This document shows positions 38,920 to 47,285 of a stretch of 64,000 nucleotides of DNA, piece by piece (within the stretch, counting starts at the first letter, position 1; every line of letters starts with the position of its first letter). Source of the DNA: a virus (Duplodnaviria; Caudoviricetes); IMG/VR virus record IMGVR_UViG_3300031673_000001. One strand, given 5' to 3'. The notes under the pieces are model-generated. The model saw only the letters and a program-made list of their open reading frames with translations, had not been told where the DNA came from and ran no database searches. The translations under genes and the position numbers were made by a program.

Positions 38920-39421
38920 AGCAGCATTATTAAATATAAGACGAGGTCCAGTTAAATGGATCATCATTCATCATACAGCAGAAATGTATGAAGCACCTGA
39001 GACAAAAATTGATAATGCTAAATTTCAATATCCTGGTATTATAAATGGTGTCCTAGAAAAAGCTGCTCCAGATATTAACTATCATTATATTATTGAGAAA
39101 ATCAAAGAAGATTATATTCCAATCGTATGCCGTCCTATTTCAAGTCTATGTGAGTGGGATGATATATCTGATGATATAAATAAAAGAGCAGTTCATCTTG
39201 CTATTATGGGTTCATATGACTTCAAAATTCCAGAGAGAAGATTGTATGAAATATTATCCTACCGCTTAATTAGTCCAATGATAAAGATCTATGGACTTAC
39301 TCCAAAACGTGTTAAATTCCACAGAGATGTATCCTCAAATAAAGACTTATCTTGTCCCGGTGAATTTGCTGATGCAGGTAAACTTGAAGCAATAATAAGA
39401 AGATTTATGATAACAAGGTAA
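38903..39421 (+). CDS. N-acetylmuramoyl-L-alanine amidase-like protein (Amidase_2 fold)
   Basis: WIIIHHTA, NYHYII, FHRDV...SCPG. Confidence 0.7.
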   Translation: MRMPFKAALLNIRRGPVKWIIIHHTAEMYEAPETKIDNAKFQYPGIINGVLEKAAPDINYHYIIEKIKEDYIPIVCRPISSLCEWDDISDDINKRAVHLAIMGSYDFKIPERRLYEILSYRLISPMIKIYGLTPKRVKFHRDVSSNKDLSCPGEFADAGKLEAIIRRFMITR

Positions 39422-39441
39422 TATCATTTAAAAAATCCTAT

Positions 39442-39455
39442 CTATATATATTAAT
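39442..39455 (+). promoter_or_regulatory. CTATATATATTAAT promoter-like motif, copy 2
   Basis: Exact copy in an intergenic region. Confidence 0.6.
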
Positions 39456-39536
39456 AATTGAAAAGGAAGATTTATAACTATTTTTTTGATTATTCCGATA
39501 TCATATGAAAGGAGAACTAATTTTTGAATTTCAGTT

Positions 39537-39702
39537 TGCGAAGATAGGACTAGGATATTACGTATAACGTAGTTGATATGGCAGGGATCTTTAAACTATT
39601 AAAATCCCATACCCATTCGATCAATATCCAATATATAATTATAAATGGCGCGAATGTTTTTTATATTAAAGATATCGCTCATTTTATTATCCTATCTTCG
39701 CA
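39537..39702. repeat. 13-bp inverted repeat TGCGAAGATAGGA flanking a 140-nt segment
   Basis: 39537-39549 and 39690-39702 are exact reverse complements. Confidence 0.8.
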
Positions 39703-39914
39703 TTTCTTGCAGAGTAAGTCCTATAAAGAGAACATTAAAAGGTGAGGTAGATGATCCTTGACTGAATACCTGAGTCATTTCTGTCTCCAGGTACAAGATC
39801 CTATCAAACGTTTCACTTACTCTGCATTCTTTAAAATAGAAATATTTTTTTAAATAAAGAACAAATATATAATGGATATACATATATTGATTATTTTTTT
39901 GAAAGGATATAAAA

Positions 39915-40832
39915 ATGGATGTTGATTTAAAAGACAAAAATATTCTTGTGGTTGGAGATATAATGCTAGATCACTATATAATGGGGGAAGTTGAAAGGAT
40001 ATCTCCTGAAGCTCCGGTTCCAATAGTTCATGTTCAAAAGGAATATTCTACCCTTGGAGGATGTGGTAATACGGTTAGGAATATTAGAGAATTGGGAGCT
40101 AACGTTTATTGTTTATCATCTATTGGGAATGATTTATATGGTAGAGAAATAATAAATCATTTAGACAAAATTAAGGTTATTCCAATTTTAGTTCAAGAAT
40201 CCAAGAGCACAATTGTTAAAGAAAGAGTCATTGCAAGCGAAAGAAAGATTCAAATGATTCGTATTGATAGAGAGATTGTCCATCCTATTAATTCAAAAAT
40301 TCTAATTGAAAAGTTATCAGACTATGAAATTGAATACGATATAATTGTTATTTCAGATTATGCCAAAGGATTAATTACAAAAGAGTTAATGGATTATTTA
40401 CATTCATTAAAAATAACAATTATTGTAGATCCAAAACCCAAAAATTTTAATTTATATAATAACGTTTTTATGATAACTCCCAATGAAAAAGAATGGGAAG
40501 AAATTGTTAAAAATACATTTCCAAAACCCCCCAATTCAACTAATTATACATTATTGACTCAAGGAAGTGGTGGAATGCTCTTGATAAATAATGTTGATAA
40601 AACACGAATTAAGATTTATTCTGAAGCAGTTGAAGTCTATAATGTATCAGGTGCTGGAGATACTGTAATTTCAATAATGACAGTGTGTTTATCTATGGGT
40701 TGGAATCCAATTGATGCTGCTTATATAGCTAACAAGTGTGCGGCATACGTCGTAACTCAATCGACTACAGCAATAGTTCCAAAAGAATTTTTCTTTAAAA
40801 TTGTTAAAGATTATAAAAAGGGAGAATTTTAA
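39915..40832 (+). CDS. rfaE: Heptose-7-phosphate kinase (HldE/RfaE domain I, PfkB family)
   Basis: LVVGDIMLDHY..G.VERISPEAPVP, GGCGN, SDYAKG, VDPK, TPNEKE, NVSGAGDTV. Confidence 0.9.
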   Translation: MDVDLKDKNILVVGDIMLDHYIMGEVERISPEAPVPIVHVQKEYSTLGGCGNTVRNIRELGANVYCLSSIGNDLYGREIINHLDKIKVIPILVQESKSTIVKERVIASERKIQMIRIDREIVHPINSKILIEKLSDYEIEYDIIVISDYAKGLITKELMDYLHSLKITIIVDPKPKNFNLYNNVFMITPNEKEWEEIVKNTFPKPPNSTNYTLLTQGSGGMLLINNVDKTRIKIYSEAVEVYNVSGAGDTVISIMTVCLSMGWNPIDAAYIANKCAAYVVTQSTTAIVPKEFFFKIVKDYKKGEF

Positions 40833-41087
40833 ATGAACACCTCAGACCAATTTCTAAAAAGGTCAAAAAAATTATTTGCAGCATTTCGTGATCTTGATCC
40901 TAAAGATCTTGGAAATAAAACCCTGATTGAATATCATAGGAAAACACATATGCTTTATGCTGGAAATATAAAACGTGACCCACCAAATAAGCAATTTATA
41001 AATAGTATTGTTACATATCACGATCGTTTGGTTGAGGAGATGTTAAAACGAAACTTTAATCACAATACTCCACTAAAGAAAATTTAA
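40833..41087 (+). CDS. Hypothetical protein
   Basis: 84-aa ORF with RBS. Confidence 0.55.
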   Translation: MNTSDQFLKRSKKLFAAFRDLDPKDLGNKTLIEYHRKTHMLYAGNIKRDPPNKQFINSIVTYHDRLVEEMLKRNFNHNTPLKKI

Positions 41088-41097
41088 ACTCATTCGT

Positions 41098-41111
41098 CTA
41101 TATATATTAAT
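41098..41111 (+). promoter_or_regulatory. CTATATATATTAAT promoter-like motif, copy 3
   Basis: Exact copy about 30 nt upstream of the 41141 ORF. Confidence 0.6.
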
Positions 41112-41140
41112 TACCGAATAGGCAAAACAACTTTAACAAT

Positions 41141-42598
41141 TTGAAAGGAGATATTTTATTGCTGAATTTTGAAAAGGTAGCACCAAAAGAATGGAACTTA
41201 TTATATGAAGATGAAATTATTCCATTGAAACTCGTAGCTTCAACAGTGACAAATAAATATCAAATTGTCACGAAATTTATACAGCGAGTTGATGCATTTC
41301 ATGGAGAGGAGTTTAGTAATTGGTTTGTTAATTTAATAAAAGACTGTCAAGACATTGATAGAAGATCAGAAATTTTTGTCAATAATATTGATAAACTTAA
41401 ACTATATGTTGATCAATATATAGAATCAACACATATAGATTATGATAGATTTGTTGATATTACTAAAGCAAAGAAAAACTCAATTCTATTTAATGCGAAT
41501 GAAATTAAAAATATACTAAGGTTATCCTCCTATTTGAAAATTTATTCAATTATTTCAAATAATGAAGAGATGGCATTTGGTAAAAGTTTGCATAAACAGA
41601 TTTATAATAAACTTGCAACTAATGTTATTGAAACAGATATAGCATCAAAATTATTTGATGTTATCAAAACAAAAACATTTAGATATAATCTTTCAGATAA
41701 GTATATGTGGGACTATATTAAAAAGATTCAATGCAAGGATATTGGTTCTCATATAATTGAAATTTTTAATTTCATAATGAATTACATTATAGTATTATGT
41801 GAGGAAGATAAAAATCCAATTACTTATTTTGTTGGTGTCATTGATCAATCTGTAAAATGGATTCTTCGTTCTGTATATAAAGGCACTATTGTCTATGATG
41901 ATAGTATCTCAACTGAAGATATTCATGGAATTAATATAAATAACTTATTAACTTATAGTTTTAATGACACCCTTGGTAGAATAAAAGCAATGGCATTTGA
42001 AAAAATCCATTCACAATTGGAAAAATCAACTTCTCTAACAGTAGATGAAGATGCTGTAGACAAAGATCTGATTGAATTTAATAATCGTGTTGAACAAATT
42101 GAATATATTTCTCCTCTTTGCACATCATTAGTGTTTCCTTTATTAGCAAGGATGACTAATATTTCATATGTTCATTTTAAAACTATTTCTCCAGATCATG
42201 CTGCTATTCTTTCATACTACTTACATAGTCTTTTACAAAAATCATTTAAAGGAGAATATAAAAATTTATTATCATTATTGCAATATTATCCTTTAAGTCA
42301 ACCATCAATAAATACGACATATAAAATAAAAACAATACATGATTATATCAACATTCAAGATGACACACAAAATTTTTATGGGTTTAATACAAAGATGTTA
42401 CCTCATAAAATTCTATGTCATTTTATTGGAAGAGTATCTAGAATAAACTTTTGTCATCTTTTAACAGGACAAAAATTATCTGGTATCCCTCTTAGTAAGG
42501 TTGAACTTGATATGATTTTATTTTATACTAAACTATTTGCTGGTGAAATGGATCCAAAAATAAAACAATTAGTCCGTTTAATGAATCAAGATTTTTAA
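41141..42598 (+). CDS. Hypothetical helical protein
   Basis: 485-aa ORF; start codon uncertain. Confidence 0.65.
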   Translation: MKGDILLLNFEKVAPKEWNLLYEDEIIPLKLVASTVTNKYQIVTKFIQRVDAFHGEEFSNWFVNLIKDCQDIDRRSEIFVNNIDKLKLYVDQYIESTHIDYDRFVDITKAKKNSILFNANEIKNILRLSSYLKIYSIISNNEEMAFGKSLHKQIYNKLATNVIETDIASKLFDVIKTKTFRYNLSDKYMWDYIKKIQCKDIGSHIIEIFNFIMNYIIVLCEEDKNPITYFVGVIDQSVKWILRSVYKGTIVYDDSISTEDIHGININNLLTYSFNDTLGRIKAMAFEKIHSQLEKSTSLTVDEDAVDKDLIEFNNRVEQIEYISPLCTSLVFPLLARMTNISYVHFKTISPDHAAILSYYLHSLLQKSFKGEYKNLLSLLQYYPLSQPSINTTYKIKTIHDYINIQDDTQNFYGFNTKMLPHKILCHFIGRVSRINFCHLLTGQKLSGIPLSKVELDMILFYTKLFAGEMDPKIKQLVRLMNQDF

Positions 42599-42680
42599 TT
42601 ATTAAGATTTTTTACGGAGAATAAAAAAAATGTTAAAAATAACAATATCTAAAATAATTACCTATTTTGTAGAAGATAAA

Positions 42681-42722
42681 AGTGGGGTTTCTAATTAAGA
42701 CTCCCCACTGAGTCTTTTTTTT
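42681..42722 (+). terminator. Possible intrinsic terminator
   Basis: AGTGGGG...CCCCACT stem followed by a T-run. Confidence 0.5.
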
Positions 42723-42780
42723 AGTTAGATTTTAGAACAAAATACAAATATGGAATTGTACAGATATTGGAGGAAACAAA

Positions 42781-43227
42781 ATGGAAAATATAAAAATACA
42801 AGAAAGTCTTGAAGTAATAGATGAACTAATTAGGTCTGTTGCAAGAAATCTAGAACCACATGATACATTAAAAGCACTTCAAAGTCAAGATCTAAGAAAT
42901 AGACTGAGGGGGAAATATCCTAAATGTTTTCTTTCTGTTAAATCAATAGGCGGGCAAACTCCAGATTTCTTTCCTGTTTGTAATACAGCAGGAATGATAG
43001 ATCCGAGAGCTATTGAGTTATCTTTAAGATCGGTATCGAGATTAATGAATGATGATAGTGGAACATATGATACCAATGATTTATCTAATATGTTATCAAA
43101 GTTAGAGAGAATGAGAAGTGTTTATTCTAAAGACATAGCAAAACCACCCAATCAAGCAGGAAGAAAAGCAGTAGTTACAAGAATGATGAATCATGTAAAA
43201 GATCATTTAAGAACAATTAGGACTTAA
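42781..43227 (+). CDS. Hypothetical protein
   Basis: 148-aa ORF with GGAGG RBS, directly before beta'. Confidence 0.6.
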   Translation: MENIKIQESLEVIDELIRSVARNLEPHDTLKALQSQDLRNRLRGKYPKCFLSVKSIGGQTPDFFPVCNTAGMIDPRAIELSLRSVSRLMNDDSGTYDTNDLSNMLSKLERMRSVYSKDIAKPPNQAGRKAVVTRMMNHVKDHLRTIRT

Positions 43228-43229
43228 TA

Positions 43230-46200
43230 ATGAAAATAAAATTTCTCGATATTAATAAGTTTATAAGAGGATTAAAACCCGTTACAACTGCTGAATTTAG
43301 AACTAGAGCTGGAGAATTTCATCCGGATGGTTTATTTAGTGAAAAGATATTTGGAGTTGAAAATTCTAGGGAAAGATCTCAAACTTATTCATATATAGAA
43401 CTCCATACGCCAGTAATCCATCCCGCAGCTTTTATAATCTTTAAAAGAATTGATAAAAAACTAATTGATTTCTTTTCAACTGAAAAACTTTTCACAATTC
43501 AAAATGATGGATCATATTTTGAATCTGAAAAGGGGGTAACAGGAATCAAGGAGTTTATTAAGGCGTTTCTTAATTTAAACTTTAAAGGGGGCACACCTGC
43601 TCGAGAAGCTTTAATTAAAGTTCTAAAACAAGGTGGTAAAGATGGGACATTATTCATTGATAAAATTCCAGTTATACCACCCGAACTTAGACCTGCATAC
43701 GAAGATGAGAATAAACGATGGATTATTGATGAACTTAATACTGTTTATACTGGTCTAATAAGAAAAGCAACTCAAATAAAAGGTGTTGGAAAATCTGGAG
43801 CATTATTTGATCTTCTAAATTATAATTTACAGTTAGCTGTTAATTCGCATGATGCATATATACGCACAAAAATTTCTAAAAAGCATGGAATAATTAGAGA
43901 TAAAATGTTGGGAAAGAGAGTGGATTTTTCAGCTAGAGCTGTTATTACTCCTGGTCCAAAACTAAAAATTAATGATGTGGGTTTGCCTGTTAGAATAGGA
44001 GTTATTTTATTTGAACCCTTCATTATACATTACATGCTTTATTCTAAAAGATATCCTAGATATGCAGAATTAGAAAATGAAATTAGAAATTATACTGATT
44101 CAGAACTATCAGTTGATACAATAAAAAGAGTTATGAAAGGAATTAAAGATGATGATAAAATTCCAGATCTCTTATATGAACTATTATTTGAAGCGTGTGA
44201 AATTGTAATGAAAGGCAGGGTAGTAATATTAAAACGAGATCCTGCACTACATGATGGTTCATATAGAGCATTTAATCCAGTATTAACAAGAGGATCAACA
44301 ATAGAAATATCAACAATGCAGGTTGGTCCATTTAATGCTGATTTTGATGGAGATCAAATGGCGGTTTATCATCCTCTTTCTCAACAAGCACAAAAAGAAG
44401 CTAGAGAAAGAATGATGCGAGGAGTTGGAAGTAAAAGCTCAAATGCAACCATGTTTGAAATTTCAAAGGAGATGAGTTTAGGAGTTTACTTGATGACCAA
44501 AGATACTAAACTAAAAACCTCTCCAATAGCAGTAACACTTCAAGATTTAGAAAAAGCAAATAATCCTTTTATTCCTGTTAGATTTAGAGGACATAATACA
44601 ACAATGGGAAGAGCTATAATAAATTCTGCTTTTCCTTCTGATTTTAAATGGATTGATGGTCAAGTCACAAAGAAAATTATCAATAATTTAATTCCTGAAA
44701 TTATTGATAAGTATGGAGATGATACTGCAGCTAATATTTTTACAGATATAAAAAATGTGGCATTTAAATTTGCAACCATCGGAGCTTCATCAATAACTCT
44801 AGATATGCTTGATATTCCTGATAGTATATTAAAATTGAAAGAAAAACTTACAAGTTCAACACCAGAAGAAGCACAAAAATTATTGAAAGAAATGGAAATA
44901 ATATTAAAGAAACATTTAAAAGATACAGGTTTGTATGAATTAGTTGAATCTGGTGCTGGAAAAGGATGGGATCAACCCATGCAGATTCTTGTTGCTAAGG
45001 GTATTATTGCTGATACAAGTGGTAAACTGCTTGAACCAATTAAAGGATCATTTTCAGATGGATTGACAAATATAGAATATTTTAATGCAGCTGGTGGTGC
45101 TAGAAAAGGAATGGCAGATAGAGCTTTAAATACTGCTACAACTGGATATTTTACAAGACAACTTGTCTATGTATTGTCTCCAATAGAAGCACATCCTACT
45201 CTAAAAGATTGTAAAACAAAACGAACAGTTCAATTAAGATTGACCAATGATCTTATTAAAAGAATGACTGGACGATATATTATCAAAGGTAGTAATGTAA
45301 TTCCATTTAAAAAATCAGACTATAATATAGGAGACGTTGTTAATTTAAGAACTTCTATTTATTGTGAATCTTATAAATTATGCCATACCTGTTATGGAGA
45401 TTTATTAAAACGACACAAATCTCCTTATGTTGGAGTGCTAACAGGAGCATCAATTGGAGAACGTGGCACCCAGTTAATTATGAGAACATTTCACACTGGT
45501 GGTGCTGTTAATATAGTTGTTCGAGATATTTTATCTGATATTATTGATAACGATCCATTGATTGAAGCATCTAAACAAAAACTTGGTCAATATTTAGAAC
45601 AACTAGATGATAAATTAATAGCTAAAAAACAGTGTAATATAAAAATTGATTTATCAACATATGAAGTGCAGAAATCTTATTTAATTGACGACGATAAAGA
45701 TTATGTTTGGTTTAATCATCTCATATCTCAAATAGAATTTGATGATATAATTTTTAATATATCTCTTGATTATCCAGTCCATTTATTTAAACAAAAATTT
45801 CAAAAAATTGGAAAAGAAACATTGACCTTTGATTATTCTGTTGGAGATACAATGATGGAAACACCTTTACAAACAACAGAAATTAAAGAAGAGGTAAATT
45901 ATATTAACAGATTGATTGGAGGTCGAGTAGTTTATAAAGATCCAAGTCATTTGTTACTAAAGGTTTTGAAAGTATATGGTGGTTCGGTATCCGATTTAGA
46001 TTTATGCTATTTTGAAGTATTATGTTCACAGGTATTAAGAGATAGAAAAAATGAATCATTGCCTGCAAGAATGGGAAAGACTTGGGATCCCGTAATGATG
46101 AATATTAAAAGCACAGTATTTACTACAGGTTTTATTCAAGGATTAGCTTTTGAAAATATAAATAAAGCTATTGATACAGGATTGGTTTCTGAACAGGATC

Positions 46201-46253
46201 TGCCTCCATCAATATTAGAGAAATTGGTAACAGGAGAGGAATTAAGGAAATGA
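43230..46253 (+). CDS. rpoC: DNA-directed RNA polymerase beta' subunit (phage-encoded)
   Basis: DGLFSEKIFG, PVIPPELRP, LGKRVDFSARAVI, RDPALH, catalytic FNADFDGDQM, TGYFTRQL, Zn site DC...C...CHTC, GERGTQLIMRTFHTGG. Confidence 0.96.
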   Translation: MKIKFLDINKFIRGLKPVTTAEFRTRAGEFHPDGLFSEKIFGVENSRERSQTYSYIELHTPVIHPAAFIIFKRIDKKLIDFFSTEKLFTIQNDGSYFESEKGVTGIKEFIKAFLNLNFKGGTPAREALIKVLKQGGKDGTLFIDKIPVIPPELRPAYEDENKRWIIDELNTVYTGLIRKATQIKGVGKSGALFDLLNYNLQLAVNSHDAYIRTKISKKHGIIRDKMLGKRVDFSARAVITPGPKLKINDVGLPVRIGVILFEPFIIHYMLYSKRYPRYAELENEIRNYTDSELSVDTIKRVMKGIKDDDKIPDLLYELLFEACEIVMKGRVVILKRDPALHDGSYRAFNPVLTRGSTIEISTMQVGPFNADFDGDQMAVYHPLSQQAQKEARERMMRGVGSKSSNATMFEISKEMSLGVYLMTKDTKLKTSPIAVTLQDLEKANNPFIPVRFRGHNTTMGRAIINSAFPSDFKWIDGQVTKKIINNLIPEIIDKYGDDTAANIFTDIKNVAFKFATIGASSITLDMLDIPDSILKLKEKLTSSTPEEAQKLLKEMEIILKKHLKDTGLYELVESGAGKGWDQPMQILVAKGIIADTSGKLLEPIKGSFSDGLTNIEYFNAAGGARKGMADRALNTATTGYFTRQLVYVLSPIEAHPTLKDCKTKRTVQLRLTNDLIKRMTGRYIIKGSNVIPFKKSDYNIGDVVNLRTSIYCESYKLCHTCYGDLLKRHKSPYVGVLTGASIGERGTQLIMRTFHTGGAVNIVVRDILSDIIDNDPLIEASKQKLGQYLEQLDDKLIAKKQCNIKIDLSTYEVQKSYLIDDDKDYVWFNHLISQIEFDDIIFNISLDYPVHLFKQKFQKIGKETLTFDYSVGDTMMETPLQTTEIKEEVNYINRLIGGRVVYKDPSHLLLKVLKVYGGSVSDLDLCYFEVLCSQVLRDRKNESLPARMGKTWDPVMMNIKSTVFTTGFIQGLAFENINKAIDTGLVSEQDLPPSILEKLVTGEELRK

Positions 46254-46735
46254 TAATTGAAAATTACTTATCTGAAATTCAGTCTACCAAAAAACTATAT
46301 CATATAGCTCAACAAGAATTAGATGGTAAAATAGTAAAACCCAAAATTCCAGAAAATCTTTTTACTAAATTAGGACTAGAGGATAAAACAATTCCAAGAA
46401 TTTCTTTTGCTCCTACTATTAATCAATGTATTACTGCAATAGGAAACAATAGAATTGAAGGATCTATCGAAAAAAGATGGATAGTATTTGAACCCTCTAA
46501 TTATAACACAATTAAAATAATATCAAATAAAGAGTTAATAAGAAGAAAGCTAACAATTGATGCAAAATATAGTGGTGAAATTTGGGTTACATCTACTATT
46601 GAATTTAAAGAAATTGGAGTAATTGAGGTAATAAAGAAAATTAGATTAGCATATGAAATTCAGCTTCCTGGTCACAAAGAAATATCTAAATTTTATCATT
46701 GGAAATATAAGGTCTTAGATGGAGACATAGAATGA
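46250..46735 (+). CDS. Hypothetical protein with YLSEIQ leader
   Basis: 161-aa ORF with ATGA overlap to beta'. Contains LYH...PRISFAPTI...GEIWV. Confidence 0.6.
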   Translation: MIIENYLSEIQSTKKLYHIAQQELDGKIVKPKIPENLFTKLGLEDKTIPRISFAPTINQCITAIGNNRIEGSIEKRWIVFEPSNYNTIKIISNKELIRRKLTIDAKYSGEIWVTSTIEFKEIGVIEVIKKIRLAYEIQLPGHKEISKFYHWKYKVLDGDIE

Positions 46736-46839
46736 TTAAATTTCAATTATTAACACAATATACAGGATTAGTTTCTGAACAAGATATGCCTCCATCAATA
46801 TTAGAAAAATTAGTAACAGGAGAGGAATTAAGAAAATAA
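46732..46839 (+). other. 35-aa chimeric mini-ORF: beta N-terminus fused to beta' C-terminus
   Basis: MIKFQLLTQYT (matches 47278-47310) joined to GLVSEQDMPPSILEKLVTGEELRK (matches 46179-46253). Confidence 0.85.
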
Positions 46840-47285
46840 TGGATACAGAAACAAAAGTCACAATAAATTTTTTAGATAAAAATCCAATAGGTCTAAAAAA
46901 CTATTTGCAGCATAGATACGCAAAAGAAATAAATCAAATAATGCAAAGGTTAACCTCATATTTTAATGAGAGAGTTGATATTCATTATACATTTGAAGAT
47001 CAGGAACCTGTATGGTCTTCTGATTTAGATTTCTATTTAGCAGATAACAAATCTAAATATCCTATTGCAAATGCCGGTAATAGAAAATTACCTGTATGTT
47101 TTGTTATAAATCCTCCATGTTATAAAAAACCAAACTTAGATGAATGGATAATAAAAGATGAGGGAATATATTTAGTTGAACCTTTTAAATCTAAAAAACT
47201 AAAATGGTTATATAAGAAAAAAGTTAATACCATTTCATGGGAACGATTATTTAAGAAATCTTTGGAGATTAACCTATATGATTAA
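46839..47285 (+). CDS. Hypothetical protein
   Basis: 148-aa ORF with TAATG overlap. Confidence 0.6.
   Translation: MDTETKVTINFLDKNPIGLKNYLQHRYAKEINQIMQRLTSYFNERVDIHYTFEDQEPVWSSDLDFYLADNKSKYPIANAGNRKLPVCFVINPPCYKKPNLDEWIIKDEGIYLVEPFKSKKLKWLYKKKVNTISWERLFKKSLEINLYD

Noticed and set aside
39692-39937. 81-aa minus-strand ORF as annotated
   Set aside because: The 5' half is AT-rich intergenic sequence overlapping the next gene's start, with no convincing RBS or start. Only its 3' end is relevant, as part of the inverted repeat.
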